A stretch of DNA of 59,516 nucleotides, the filler included, from Sphacelaria rigidula (taxonomy: Eukaryota), in assembly GCA_964200075.2 (NCBI GenBank). It is 7 parts of 7 records of this genome, joined end to end, with 100 filler letters (N's around TTAATTAATTAA, not from the genome) between each part and the next. Parts side by side here need not be neighbours in the genome. Positions count along the whole stretch, not along the records: positions 8,518 to 16,934 come from CAXNAA020011212.1; positions 17,035 to 25,451 come from CAXNAA020011213.1; 5 more parts are not named here. One strand, 5' to 3'. Position numbers and translations under genes: made by a program. Shown here in pieces: positions 11,183-24,501 of the stretch (the stretch's first letter is position 1; each line of letters opens with the position of its first letter). The notes beneath the pieces were generated by a model, which was given only the letters and a program-made list of their open reading frames with translations, was not told the DNA's origin and did not search any database.

Positions 11183-14100
11183 ATGTGTCTAGGGCGCTTC
11201 TAATTTCAATATATTTCGGTGTTTGTGACGTTGCCGTCTCGGATTTCGGCGGTGATACCGGAGTGGTTTTAGCTGGGTCCTTCTACTCAAAAATGAAGGT
11301 CTGCCCGTAACTTATTTTGTAATTCACACGTTGTATTTATTTCCGTACGGTAGGTAGTGGAGGGACTGGTGGACTCGTTTCAGTACCAAAACGCCTAGGT
11401 ATTATAATGTATTAAATGCTTTGTCTTGTGTCTCCTTCGAATCACGTGTTCCCTGCTAATAATAAAAAGTGCCTGTACCACAGTATGAATGCGTCCTTGC
11501 ATTCCTCGACAAAAACTACGCTTGGTTCCCGCGCCTCGTACATAGTTCATAATGACCGGAGCATGTCGGTGGTGTTTATGTCCTGCATATCCGTTTTCGA
11601 ACTGGTACGGTATACTATTCGGTACAACACGCCGCATGCGGGAGTACCACAGTAGATCGAAAAAAAAATGGTTCACCACAGCTTCAAGTGCAACAGCAAT
11701 GAACTCGCTGGCATCTCTTCTGCGTGTTTTGGAATAAAGCGTGATGAAATATGAGAAGTACCATGACGGACTGCCACAGGGGAGTACAGCGTTTTAGTGC
11801 ACAAGCGCGCTGGCACGATGTCCGCAACACGGAAAATCGCGCTGGCGCTGGCTCGCGCTCCGCGCGTTCAATTAAATTCAGTGCGCTTTATTGAATTTCA
11901 ATGCAGAGGTTATACCCTGTGGGTCTGGAGCCGACACTGCATACGAACCGCAGCGTGACGCGTTCGCCGGTACTACCTGCGCACTGCTCAGCGGTGGGGT
12001 GCAGGGTTACAACCCACACCGCAGGACGTCACTTCCTCAGTCTATGCCTGTCCTGCATTGATTTCGCGTTGTTCTATGCAGTTCGCCACATCATGAACGC
12101 AGCCAGTTGTATCGCGGCCGACGTGTACGTAATATATCACGCCTCGCTACGCGCTATTTTTCTACGTCACATTTTGTAAAGCTATCCGTGTTGCAGCTAC
12201 AGCGTGCGTTTGCCCCAGGTGGCGCACGCAGGAGTCAAAGGCCGCCTCCGCCGCTGCAATGGCTGCCTATATCTTGGGCGAACCTGTATGGTAACACAGC
12301 CGCGGCTGGTGCACCCACATGTACCGAAAGGTGGAGACCGGCGTCCAGAATAGATGGGACGATAACACACTGACTTTGCTCAAAACACTTTCAATAACGT
12401 GTTCATACTGACTGTAGAAATCTTCCGTTCACGGTTGGGCACATTTACATTTACATATATAATGCAGGGTCTAGTACATCTCGACTTGTAATGTAACGGG
12501 GGGTCTGGTATATTTCCACCCGTACATGTATGTGATATCGAGAAAAAATCCGCAACATCTGGGTGAACTAAAGGTGAGGCAATCGCCAAAATATCCACAT
12601 GCAAACTCTGCTCCAGTGCACTGTACGTTGACATCGCTAGAAGAACACTACCATAACCACCTTGCCGGCTGCCAGACTGTCAGGACGTAGGATGCGCTGG
12701 CATTGCTACTGCCTGTACGGGGGTGTTGCCCCCTTGTCAGGTACGATTGGGAGCATGATACTAGATGAAGATCATCCTCCCTTGTACATGGGCACCAAAC
12801 GCTGGGGGTTTTCACTAAAGACTTCGATTTGGAGAATGATACTACGTAAGCAGCAGCAGCTGCTGTGTGCCCAGGTACCCCTTGGAGCAGGGTATGTTTG
12901 GTGTCTGTTTGACGAAGTTATCCCCAAAAAGCCAAAATCGATAGTGGTTTTGGGTGGAAAAATCTAGCAAAAAACACATCGCAAGAATCAAGTCGCAGAA
13001 ATCTCGACGCAAATAATCAGTTAGTCGAATTTTTACCCGCAGCATAAACCAACTTCACTTTGTTATTATGAAATTTGGCCTAGTCGCCTCCGAGAAGGCA
13101 GCCTCAGTACACTTTTGTCCTGTTATGTTTTGACGAACAGACGCTCAAGTCGTGTGTGCCAGGTTGCAATGCACAGTTGCGCAGTAACACACCCAACCCA
13201 GATCCAACCGCAATAGCAGATCAAATCCAGATGTTCGCAGAAACCAGATTATCTCCTTGTAGTTTACAGTACGGACCAGAGTCAATAGTTTCCCCACGAC
13301 TATCAAGCTCACTGGTGAGGACTCACTTGAAACTCAGAGCAACGGCGGCAAAGCTGATGATGTCCTGGGCCCAAAACAGAGTGCTCATGGTGGGCCCTCG
13401 GGGCGGCCGTGTGACTACCTTACGCAGGAATTACATCCATATCTTATCATGATACGATAACCAAAGAGCAGAAATCGTCCATCCAGCGAACGTTCCGGGA
13501 ACGTTATCCGTTGTGCACATTACCATTCGATGTGCAGACATCAACCATACTGTATCTCTCAACGACTTTTCAGGACATCAAATTGGATATTCCAACAAGC
13601 TGACATCTCTCGACGGGTAATCAAGATTCATATCAAAACGTTCATTTACTCCGAGATCTGCATGTCTAGAACGTTGCTGTACCTTATCGACGCTAGTCCC
13701 TTCAGATACCATATAACATTGTGAAATGTATTGCCCTGTGTCCAGGGCACTTCCAATTTCAATCTATTTCGGTGTTTGTGACGTTGCCGTCTCAGATTTC
13801 GGCGGTGAACCCGGAGTGGTCTCGGCTGGGCTCTCTACTCTAAAATGAAGGTCTGCCTGTAACTCATTTTGTATTTACACATGGTATTTATCTCCGTACG
13901 GTAGGTATTGGAGGGACTGGTGGACTCGTTTCAGTACCAAAACGCCCAGGTATCATCATGTAAAAGCTTTGTGTCTCGTTCGAATCACGTGTTGCATGAT
14001 AAACCACCTCTACTGCAGTATGGTTGCGTCCTTGCACTCCTTGACACAAACTACGCTTGCTTCCCGCGCCTCGTACAAAATACACTTCATGATAACCAGA

Positions 14101-15914
14101 GCATGTCGGTGGCGTTTATTTCATGCATATCCATTTTCGAACTGGTACGGTATACTAGTTCGTACAGCACGGAGCATTCGGTAGTACTAGATGAAAAACT
14201 GGTACACCACGCACCTGCAGGTACAAGAACGATGGACTCGCTGGCATTTCTTCTGCGTGCTTTCAAATAAAGCGTTACGAAACACGAGGAGCAATACCGT
14301 GACGGGCTGCCACAGGAGAGTACAACGCTGTAGTGCACAAGCGCGCTGGCACGGTGTCGACAGCACGGAAACGCTAGCGCGGGTGCTGCTCGAAAATCAC
14401 GCGCTCCGCGCGTGTAATTTAATTCAGTGCGTTGTATTGAATTACAATGCAGAGGTTACTTTGGGGGGGTGGAGCCGATTTCGTGTACCAACCGCGGCGT
14501 GACTACCTGCTCACTGCACAGCGGCAGGGTTCAGGGTGACAAAGCACACCGCAGGACGTCACATTCTTCCTCTATCCCTGTCCTGCATCGATTTCGCGTT
14601 GTCCCATGCAGTTCGCCACATCATGAGTGCAGCCGTTGTATCGCAGCCAAGGTGTACGCATGATATAAACCTCCTCGCCACGCGCTATATTGCCACGTCG
14701 TATTTCGTGAGGCTGTCCGTGTTGCAGCTACAGCGTGCGTTTGCCCCAGATGGCGCACGCAGGAGTCAAGGGCCGCCTCCGCCGCTGTAATGGCCGCCAG
14801 TATCTTGGGCGAAGCTGTATGGTAACACAGCCGCGGCTGGTGCACCCACATGTACCGAAAGGTGGAGACCGGCGTAATAGATGGAACGACGACACACTGA
14901 CTTTGCGCAGTACACATCCACACCGTGTTCGTACTGTCTGTGGACATTTCTTGTCCACGGTTGGGTACCTATTCCATATATAATGCAAGGGCAACGTCTG
15001 GGCGAATTTTGAAGGCGAAATATTCACCTGCAAGCTCTGCTCCAGTGCACTGTAGGTTGATATCGCTAGAAGAACGCTACCGTAACCACCTTGCCGGCTG
15101 CCAGACTGTCAGGACGTAGGATCTGTCATGGTACGATACTTACGACCTGGGTAGGAAGATGCCAGTTCAGTGGGCACCGGGGCTAGCAGGCCCAAACACA
15201 GTCTTTAGTATCGAAACCATTGAGTTCGATATTATCGAGTACGAGTCAGTCACCGCACCAGTGGTCAGGTGGCATGTCATGAGCCGTGCAGGCTGCAGCA
15301 CAACATGTGTTGCATGAAGGTCAGGCTTACATTTTGTGGAGACCAGAGAATCCTCTGAGATAGAAGTCCCTGATGGCGTAGATGCTCTTGTATTATTGGC
15401 GTACAGGCTAACTTGTGCTTAGCTAGTTGAGATGCATAGTCCACAACCGCTGTGACCCAAGAGGGCCGCCGAGTCAATCCAATAACACCCACCAGGTACC
15501 AAGCATGACAAAGTATGACAAATAGAACCCAGTCGACTGGAACATGCCCAATATATCTGGAACAGATCTGCTAGAATTGCTATACTGTAAGGTACGTTTT
15601 GGAGCATGATACTAGATGAACATCCTCCCTTGTACATGAGCACCAAACGCTGGTGGTTCTTACTCAAGACTTCGATTCGGAGGATGATACTAAGTGGGCA
15701 GCGGCAAATGCTGTTTGTTCAGGTCCCCCTTGGAGCAGGATGCGTTTAGTGTCCGTGTGACGAAGTTATCACCAAAAAACGAGATCGGTAGGGGTCTGAG
15801 TAGAAAAAAATTCAGATAATTATCGTAAGAATCCTGACGCAAAACGGAGTCGCTAAAGATCAGTTAGTCGGATTTTTACCCGCAGCAGAAACCAACTTCA
15901 CTTTATGAAATTGG
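11183..15914 (+). repeat. Diverged direct duplication of about 1.9-2.2 kb (11183-13078 and 13738-15914)
   Basis: Colinear from ..TTTCGGTGTTTGTGACGTTGCCGTCTC.. to ..CCCGCAGCA.AAACCAACTTCACTTT. The second copy has an extra segment at about 15120-15590 that is homologous to about 38870-39320. Confidence 0.88.
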
Positions 15915-16934
15915 AATCTGACATGAACTCCACGCAATGTTATCATACCCCTCGCAGTCTACCGCACTGTACACCACACTCTGGTGCAGTGTCATTTGGT
16001 ATACATTGTAGAGTACGATAAAATACGATGTACCGCCGTGTGCACTTCAGACTCGCTACCGTGCCGCGCTGTGCTGACTTCTACATTGTCGAATCGGATG
16101 GTTGATCACACACTTGGTGGGGAACCTGCGGCCAATCACGTAACGGCACACCAGATTACGTCAGCTTCTGTACTGAATTATGTTGAAGTTGCGCCGTTTA
16201 GTCTTCGCGCCCTAATCCTGAAAAGGTCTGTTATCTTTCCGAAACTCTGTCAATCGAGAAAACATTCTTGGAATGCATGCCACTATATGCGAGGAGTAAT
16301 CGGAATGGTCTGAATTGTATAACGGCATAAAGTTGAGAAGAATATTCCAATGGATGATGTACTCATTCCCCTCCTTGTGTTCTTCCAACAAAACACATCA
16401 TTTTTTCACTACTGTTACGAGAGTGATTAATTCTCCAATTTTTCGAGTGTTCCGCGACGTCATCGTCTTCATCCTTCGCCCGCTAGGGTTAGTGATTGGT
16501 TGAATCGGCATCATTTATCCGTGACATCTAGACCTGTTCTTGTCCCATCCATCCGTCGTGAAACATACAAAAACGTCTCCCCATCAAAAGCACACAGTCA
16601 AATGTGGCGAGAACGTTGTCTGTCGTACTACTAGGCGGTTATGACATATCAACTTCATCAGAATGTCGTTGTTCACCATGTGCCACAAAAAGCTGCCGCT
16701 CCGTTCAATACGAAGTCCACGCAGGCATTGTCAGGTAGCGAAAGCGAAAGCGAAAATACGAAAAGCCAGATAATGACCGTTCACAAAGACTCAACAGAGT
16801 TTTTTGGCGCCAATCTCGTCCTGTTACTACAGTAAACAGCCGATTTTCGAAAATGTGGTTGAAAAATAAAATGAGGTTCAACTCAAAAGTCGTGCTTTCC
16901 CTGGCCTAACTTCATGACAAATGACTTTCATATG

Positions 16935-17034
16935 NNNNNNNNNNNNNNNNNNNNNNNNNNNNNNNNNNNNNNNNNNNNTTAATTAATTAANNNNNNNNNN
17001 NNNNNNNNNNNNNNNNNNNNNNNNNNNNNNNNNN
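16935..17034. other. Artificial contig spacer
   Basis: Same 44N-TTAATTAATTAA-44N block. Confidence 0.98.
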
Positions 17035-17614
17035 CGTTTCCGGTGATGAGATATTGCTCTGCCAGGTTAAATTCGTTTCTGGGCTGGCCCAGCTCGTAGA
17101 AAATCATAAGATTTCCATGCCGGTTGGTGGTCCCGAAGTCAGGTTACATCGCGAGCACAGCATGTATATTGCACAAGATATTACAAATCATTCGGTAGCA
17201 GCACAGAACTACTCGTCGTACACCGCCCTCCTCAGCATGGCGGCCGTACCACTGCAGCAGCTTGGCCGGGGTGCGAAGTCGGTAACCGCCGGTCTCGCCG
17301 AAGCTAGCGCACTCACTACTCATTATCCAGCGATCATTGCGACTCCAAAGTCGTTATACAGCCGGCAAATTTGCTCCTCTACAGCCACAAGAAGGACTAA
17401 CCCACCACAACTCCTCGGTTTTGGGCTGCTCATGCCGAGGAGGACCCTAGGTGGTGCGATTGATCGTTTAATTCCGTATATTTGTCGAGAAACGGGGAGA
17501 AAAAGGTTTTTGCACAGCTGATGTGGTCATTTCTCCATTCACAATCCCTTGGGGGGGGTTGCCCAGGTGCCGTGATCTCCCGCTATGGGGACCCTTGCCC
17601 AGAACTGACTTTTC

Positions 17615-18096
17615 GGCCCCACTCTAATGGGAGTCGTTCAAAATTCCTTCTTAGAACTGCCTTTTTGGCCCTTCTCCGCCGTTTATCCGCCCGAAAAGAA
17701 GGCTAGGCGGATGTTGAAGCCTTGGAATGACTCACTCTACTCATTGAGACCGCGTTCCAGGGCAACTTCGCATTTCCCGCTGGCCGTACTTTCTACATTT
17801 TAGCCCAACACAGATTTTCAATCAAAAACGGTCAAGCGATCAAAAACCGGGGCGAAATTTTCATCACCTGACCGTTTTTCGCTGGAAATCCGTGTTCGGC
17901 CTGATTCGGCCAAAAACGAAACTGCAGCCAGCGGGAAATGCAAAGTTGTCCTGGAAAGGTCTCAACGAGTAGAGAAAGTCATTCCAAGGCGTCGACATCT
18001 GCCTAGCCCTCTTTTTGGGCGTAAATCGAGGGAGAAGGGTCCAAAAGGCAGTTAGTTTTAAACAGGAATTTTGAACGGCTCCCATAAGAGTTGGCC
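17615..18096. mobile_element. Foldback MITE with GGCC termini (PIF/Harbinger-like)
   Basis: The element is an imperfect palindrome: GGCCCCACTCTAATGGGAGTCGTTCAAAATTCC .. GGAATTTTGAACGGCTCCCATAAGAGTTGGCC. Confidence 0.8.
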
Positions 18097-18234
18097 TTGG
18101 AGCATTACGAGTATTTATCGATCTTTAAATGTGCTGTGGAAAACGAAATTGCCTATCCAATAGGTCGTGGTTTCAACTATCGTAGTTTTATTTGGGAGAT
18201 GACTAAAATCACGACCTATCAGATCGAAATTTTT

Positions 18235-18491
18235 CACACGTCGGACAGCTCATGAGCTACCTGGATATTACTTCTTATTAGACTACTGATCCGGATCATG
18301 AGCTAGCTCATTTGGCCACAATTTCCGCATTAGGTCCCGACAGCGACGGACACCGAGCACGCCGTGTAGCGAAAAGGTAACGCTTTGGCTTCTCGGACAC
18401 TGCTGTCACGTGTTGTGTGTTATTGTACAATGAATATGAGAGTTTTTTTCGAGTCGCTATTTCAGGTAGCTCATGAGCTGTCCGACGTGTG
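18235..18491. mobile_element. 257-bp MITE with perfect 29-bp TIRs and 8-bp TSD (hAT/P-like), nested in another MITE
   Basis: TIR CACACGTCGGACAGCTCATGAGCTACCTG and its exact reverse complement; TSD AAATTTTT at 18227-18234 and 18492-18499. The host (about 18095-18550) resembles the family-A MITE at 30148-30337. Confidence 0.88.
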
Positions 18492-19011
18492 AAATTTTTG
18501 TCCTCCACCGCACATCTTCGATCGGAAAGTAATGTGCTCATGAATAAGGCACGCCCTGATATGGCAAACAGAGAAGGGGATTCGTGAAAGCGCTCTACTG
18601 GGCGGGTTGACGGGACCGGACCAATAGTGAGCGGGTCGGGTCATACGCAGGTGATGATCTCACAACACCCTTCGCATGTCGCTACTGCTATATACAGCAC
18701 CCGAGGACGATGGGTGCTGTCTACCTTACACGGGACAGAGGGCGTGCAGGTGACAACTTCCCGTTCAGTTTAGGATGTACGGAGCATATCACGGTTACGG
18801 GACGTGGGCTTGGAAGCGGTAAGATTTGCAGAGTCAAGGCTTGAGAAAGTAAATGGAGTAACAGACTGTGGGCGCCGAGTGCAGAAAGCATATCGGGCCT
18901 CATGGGGAGGCATTTCGGAACTGAAACTGTTCATTCAGTAATCGACCGCTTTTCCCTCTCAATAGTATCCGCTACTCTCAGCCCTGCGCAATTGAACATG
19001 GAATGTAAACA

Positions 19012-19300
19012 GGGGGAACGAATTTTATTCATGAAAAACTTCAATGAAGTTCGGAACTGTGAGAAACGGTACGCCACGAAGGCGCCTTCGAGGAGTGTAG
19101 ATTTTCTTGTTTCTTTGGATGGTCTTGAGATTCGTGGGTAGTGACATCTTTGGAAGGCATGTTCGAGTGAACTAGAGGTTCGAAACAACTTTTTTTTGAG
19201 GGGGGGGGGCTCAAGTCCCCCCGAAGGCACCTTCGAGAGGTACCATTTCCCACAATTCCGGAAAGCAAAACAATCAAGTCCCATCGAGATTTGGTTCCCA
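19012..19300. mobile_element. Degenerate foldback element
   Basis: GGAACTGTGAGAAACGGTAC..CGAAGGCGCCTTCG is mirrored by CGAAGGCACCTTCG..GGTACCATTTCCCACAATTCC. Confidence 0.55.
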
Positions 19301-19820
19301 TTTTCCAGAACCCCTCGTTTTCCAAGCTTTTAGTCGGTAGCAACGCGCCGCAATGAAAGTACAGGTCTAAACGAGGTAGTAGTGCGTGGCCCTGCTACCG
19401 CTTGACTGGAAGGGCCGAAGAACGACCTAACCCCAGCCTGCTTGTTTCCGGTGATCATGTGGGCGTTGAGAAAGACCGTGCGGGCAGTACTTGGAACCCC
19501 GTCGGTCCTGATATGTCTGCACAGTACTTTGCTCGTATATTTCCGTCTCTGCGTCAGGTTCACCTCTCTGACCCGCGGTCCACGGGCAAGACATGTACGC
19601 GTGCACGGTGAATCTTATTGGGGTGGCGGGTTTTCGGTGCAGGCTGCTTGTACTACTGCACTATACGAGTACCCGACCGCATAGTTCAGGTCGGTCACCG
19701 AAGGTGTAATATAATTCATTCAGGACATGGCCCCGATGTAAAGTATGACAATACTCAATGTCGGGATTTTTGGTGTACCAGTACGAGAAGCTGGCATACT
19801 TTATATAGAGCGCATACTTT

Positions 19821-20270
19821 ATTTGATTGATTGATTGATTGATTGATGTACTTTAACTGACCCCCCAGGGGTCATGATCCAGCCGTGGTCTCATGATAGA
19901 CGTACCCAAGAAAAACGAAATAAATAGGGGTCGAACAGAACGACATAGCAGACGAAGTCGTGACAAAAAAAGTAATAAAAATTCAACACAAGCAAAGCAC
20001 AGAAATAAATGGCCGACCTGAAGCAAGAAAAAGGAAGACAAGAGGAAAGTACAAAGCAAATAAATATATACAATGAAACGATGTGAAAAAAAAGAAAAGA
20101 AAAGAAAAAAAAAGGAATAAAAAAGACCCAAGGGATTCATGGCAGCAGAGTAGATACAGACACACACCAGTGGGCACCGCGGAGCCACCGACTAAGGGCA
20201 TAATCAACAACAGCCGATATAAGAGGACAGGATTTTCCGATGGGCAGCCTTCAACGTAGCAGCCTCTCGC
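19821..20270 (-). mobile_element. Non-LTR retroelement 3' end with (ATCA)n tail
   Basis: Reverse-complement homologue of 22250-22706; pyrimidine-rich UTR-like body ending GGTCAGTTAAAGTAC(ATCA)n. Confidence 0.7.
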
Positions 20271-20472
20271 TTGTGACGTCGTTTTGAGTCTCATACAGGG
20301 ATACCCTACATATAGCACCCACTGTACAAAATTCTAGTGCGATCATATCCAGAAAACGCCTCGGAGGAATCAAAGGATCACCACCACCAGCATGTAGTGT
20401 GTTTGACACCATCAAAAATACTCGGGGACATTTTGGTGAATACACCAAGGCCAAGCAAACCACCGAACTCAC

Positions 20473-23400
20473 CGTTCCAGCTTCTCCGCCTCATCCAGCT
20501 CCAGCCTTTCCGGCCGCCCCCCGTCCCCACCAACAGCAGCAGCACTGGCAGGGTTCGTCTCAGTCGGCACCGCGGTCGCTGCACCGGCCGTTCCAAAGCC
20601 CCGAGCCACCAGGCTTTTGCCGAGCTCCTGCCCAATACACAGACGCCACGTCACTCACTTTAGACAGTCCAACCCATTTTTGAGAGGGAAGAAACAATGC
20701 TGCCCAAACCACAAGCAACGCCCGAACGGACTTCACGTTTGGGGACATGAACATGCGTCAGCGGTTAGTGGATGGTTTACAGAGAGACGGGGGTACAAAT
20801 TTGTACATATGGTCGGAAATTTCTTGTTTGCTCTCTGTCTCGGAAACTCTACTAGATCCATGTGAGGCGTTCTTTCTCGTGTGTTACCGTTTCCCTTCCT
20901 CTCCTCCGGGTGTTTCTTGCTTGTTCCTTTCTTCATGTGCTCTATCCCCTTTTTCTCGACTTTTCCTTGGCGAGTGTCTACGATTTGTTCACCTGAGGAA
21001 CGTCTTTCGCGTGACAACGGCGGGCTCCATTAGGGATCAGTCACGATGATATGCGATAATCAACAAATCAATCAAATCACATCAATCGAATGTGATGGAG
21101 AAGAAGAACGAGGTTGCGTTCTGTATAGGATATACCCGGCCGTAGTGCTCACCACTTGGTCCGTTAGAACCTTCGCGGAACTTTATTACTTGATTTGAGT
21201 GTGAACACCGATACTTGGATCTTTACCTGGGCTGACAGCCCTAGCAACCCCTCGCGTGCGCAGAACGCGTTTTCGTCAAAATCGGCGCCTGTGGCGCCGT
21301 TTTGAGTCTGCCAACGCCACATTTTGCCGAGGGAACGCTTTGACCCCCTCGTCCAGGGGTTCTCGATATTTTTTGGGTTTGGGTTAGGGTTAGGGTTAGG
21401 GTTATTAAAGAAAATACGTTTCCGAGAATTTGCTTCATCGCCTAAGTGGTGAACACACCTCATACCTGGAGGTGGGCGACTTTCGGATGGCACACCAAGC
21501 CATACCGGAATATATACCGAATATTCCGGTACGATTTGGCGGGGTATTAAGCCCTGTTCCGAACACTCCGCTATGGTTCGGGAGGATACTCGCCGACGAG
21601 ATACCCCTTCTACACTTCTACAAATAACCGGAATTCAGCCAGTATGCCCTACAAAGCACAACATTGAAAAGATGGCGTCATGTTTGAAATGGCAAAAGTA
21701 ACGGAGCAACCTTAAATGATGCCGATGCTGAAACTTCAGTGTCGCATCGTGTTTTGGTGGGATGCCCAAAACTTACTACAGTACTGCGGGGACGTATTGA
21801 TATCAGCTGTCAAGCGCTGCCATACCAGGAACAAAAGAAGCGATAGAAATTACCGCCTCGCCAGGGAATAAAAAAACGATTACGAAAGCGCGTCTGTCTT
21901 ACATACTTGAGAACAGCCAACCTAACAACCAACAACGGCCGAGCATACTTTGCAGGTGGTCTCCGCGCTGAGCGCTACTTGGTAAACAACAGCTGCCTTG
22001 AAATCCGGGACATCTTACTACAGCGCTTCGCATTCGAAGGGCTCGACTACTGTATCAAGCGCTACAGAGCAACAGGCATCCCACATTAAGTTGTGAAAGC
22101 TCTTTGCGGGCGTATGTCCTTGTTCTAACCAGGTATTGTTGATCCGCCCTTCCGCAGGCTGTTGCTGAAGTCACATTCAAGCTCTCAAAACAGAGGACAT
22201 AATTCGATTAACCATGCACGGTGCAATTGCACGGTGGTACCCTTGCTGCGTCGAGGGCTGCTAATCGGAAAATCCTGTCTGCTCATATCGGTTGTTGATT
22301 ATGTGCTTAGTCGGTGGCTCTGCGGTATCCACTGGTGTGTGTCTTGATCTACTCTGCTGCCCTGAATCTCTTGGCCTTTTTTGTTTGTTTGTTTGTTTTA
22401 TTTTCTCCTTGTTTCATTGTATTTTTGTTTCATTTGCTTTGTACTTTCCTCTTCTTGTCCTTTTTTCTTGTTTTAGGTCGGCCATTTCTCCCTGTGCTAT
22501 GCTTGTGTTGACTTTCTTATTACTTCTTCTCCTGTCACGACTTAGTCTGCTATGTCGTTCTGTTCGACCCCTCTTTCTTCTTTGTTTCTGTTCCTTCTTT
22601 TTTTCTCAGAGCGTGTTTCAGTTTCGTTTTTTTTGGGTACGTCCATCATGAGACCACGGCTGGATCATGACTCCTGGGGGGTCAGTTAAAGTGCGACAAT
22701 CAATCGAATAAAAAAGTCGCTCTGCCCCCCACCCAGCCCCGTCTCCTCCCATCCTCCGTCCCGCCTGCCCTGCTCGCATACACACAGGATATACACTCGA
22801 AAGCTGCCACCCCAACAGCAATACCCATCTCACCGCAGCCACAGCTTCCAAGTTCGCAGCAACATCTCGGGACTGCTCTTTGTCATGCTTCAGCTTCCCG
22901 GCACCCACACGCGGCACGTGTTCGTTCACATCCTTCCCCGGATCGTCCGCCGCAACACCAACCGACTCCACCGTGCCGCCGCTACCATCCCTCCCGCCCG
23001 CACTATCCCCCGGGCCCGCGGCGCTCGATGCAACGCCGGCACGATCGCTACCGACGGTATCACCGCTGCCGATGGTATCACCGCCGCCGACGGTATCACC
23101 GCTGCCGCGGCCTGACGACGACGAAGCCGCGCCAGGACCAGCCACCAGCGAACCGCGAGAAGACGAGAAAAAGTCGGGTGCTGCAACGGTAGAAGTCGTT
23201 GACGAGAAGTACGTGCTCGTTTCGGATGGTCGGGGGTAGTCACCGCTGCCGCCGTAGGCGTTCTCTATCCCGCTGTCGGCGGTTGAAAAGAGGTTTTGAG
23301 ATATGGTTCCGTATGATGCTCTCCTCCCGCACCCGGCTCCACCGCCCCCACTGCCGCTGCCGCCGCTGCCGCCGCTGCCCTTCCCGCTGCCGATGCCGCT

Positions 23401-24501
23401 GCCGCCCCCGTCGGCCACGCCGGTGCCAAGCACACCAGCGGTGGAATTTCTGTCCCGCGGTGGTATCATGCGCACCATCTCGTTGGATTTTCTCGACGTG
23501 TTCAACGCCGCTGCTGTTTCTCCCGCCACCTGGCTCCCGTCTGTACGTCAGGATGAGATTTTGTCATTTCCGGTAATATGAGGGTGTTTATCAAGGTTAA
23601 CGTGTTGTTTTGTTTCGTTTTCATGCATTGCATGCCATGGTGCACGTGTCTTGGGGTAACGCTTTTCGACGTCCTCGTTCGTGTGCACACTCTATGCCCA
23701 GTTCAGTACTAGCGTTATCGTGGCTGAAAGGAACACTGTGACAGGGCTCGACTTTCACCCATGTTTCGCGCGGCATGCATCAATTACAGGTATTGTAGGT
23801 GCACATGCTCACCACACACGGGAAAAAAACAAGCACGAAAAAAAAGAGCAGCGTCGTCGAAACACCAGAGGCAGCACTTGTGCTACTTGAGCAGATACTG
23901 AACAAATACATCACATCCACACGCACGCACGCACGACACCAAAAAACGAACCACCCTCATGATTTCGTCGGCGTCACACAGTGACCCATGATGCCCTCAG
24001 AGACACCTCTCCTAACGCGCATACCCGATGGTAGTGCTGCTTCTTCGTGAAATACCACACACCTGAGCCCATCACAGCAACACTCTCAGCCGCGCTGTCA
24101 AACACCCCTTCGTTACGCCTCCCCGATTCAGCGCTTTCGCGTGCATCGCCCACCTCCCCCACGCTGCCGCCGTAGCTGCTATCCCCACAAAATGCCAAAG
24201 GAGGCGGTGGCGGCGGAGGGGGGGAAACCAGCCCATCATCCTCAGGAGGGGACGAAAGGCCACCACCTGCTCCCTTAACCCCGCTTGCCTCGGCGGGCTG
24301 CTTGCCAACTGGTGTGACCGCCTGCCCTCGTAGGGCGGAGGTGGCCGGGAGGCTGCTGTCATCGTTGCTTCGTGCGGGCAGAGAGCCCGACAATCGCGCC
24401 GGATTGGTGCCCCGGCTTCGCGGGGAGAAGGGCGAGCGCCTGCCGCCGGACAGTGTCCCGCTGCTGCTTGTACCGTTGCCTACTGAGGAGGCGGTCAACG
24501 C
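20473..24501 (-). CDS. Gly/Ser/Pro-rich low-complexity protein, internal exons
   Basis: GC-rich exons with matching phases: 24501-24063 (ends phase 1), 23540-22834 (G|AC GGG AGC CAG.., ends phase 0), 20627-20473 (ELGKSLVARGFG..ELDEAEKLE, ends phase 2). Canonical CAG acceptors and GTG donors. No domain recognised. Confidence 0.7.
21213..21420. repeat. Dispersed repeat containing interstitial (TTAGGG)n
   Basis: GGGTTTGGGTTAGGGTTAGGGTTAGGGTTA at about 21375-21404. A diverged reverse copy with CTAACCCTTACCCCAACCC lies at about 49960-50140. Confidence 0.65.
22250..22706 (+). mobile_element. Non-LTR retroelement 3' end, same family as 19821-20270
   Basis: Ends GAGACCACGGCTGGATCATGACTCCTGGGGGGTCAGTTAAAGTGCGACAATCAATC. 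Confidence 0.7.

Noticed and set aside
21375-21404. True telomere or chromosome fusion site
   Set aside because: The tracts here and at about 36778 and 37590 are short, interstitial and embedded in dispersed elements.
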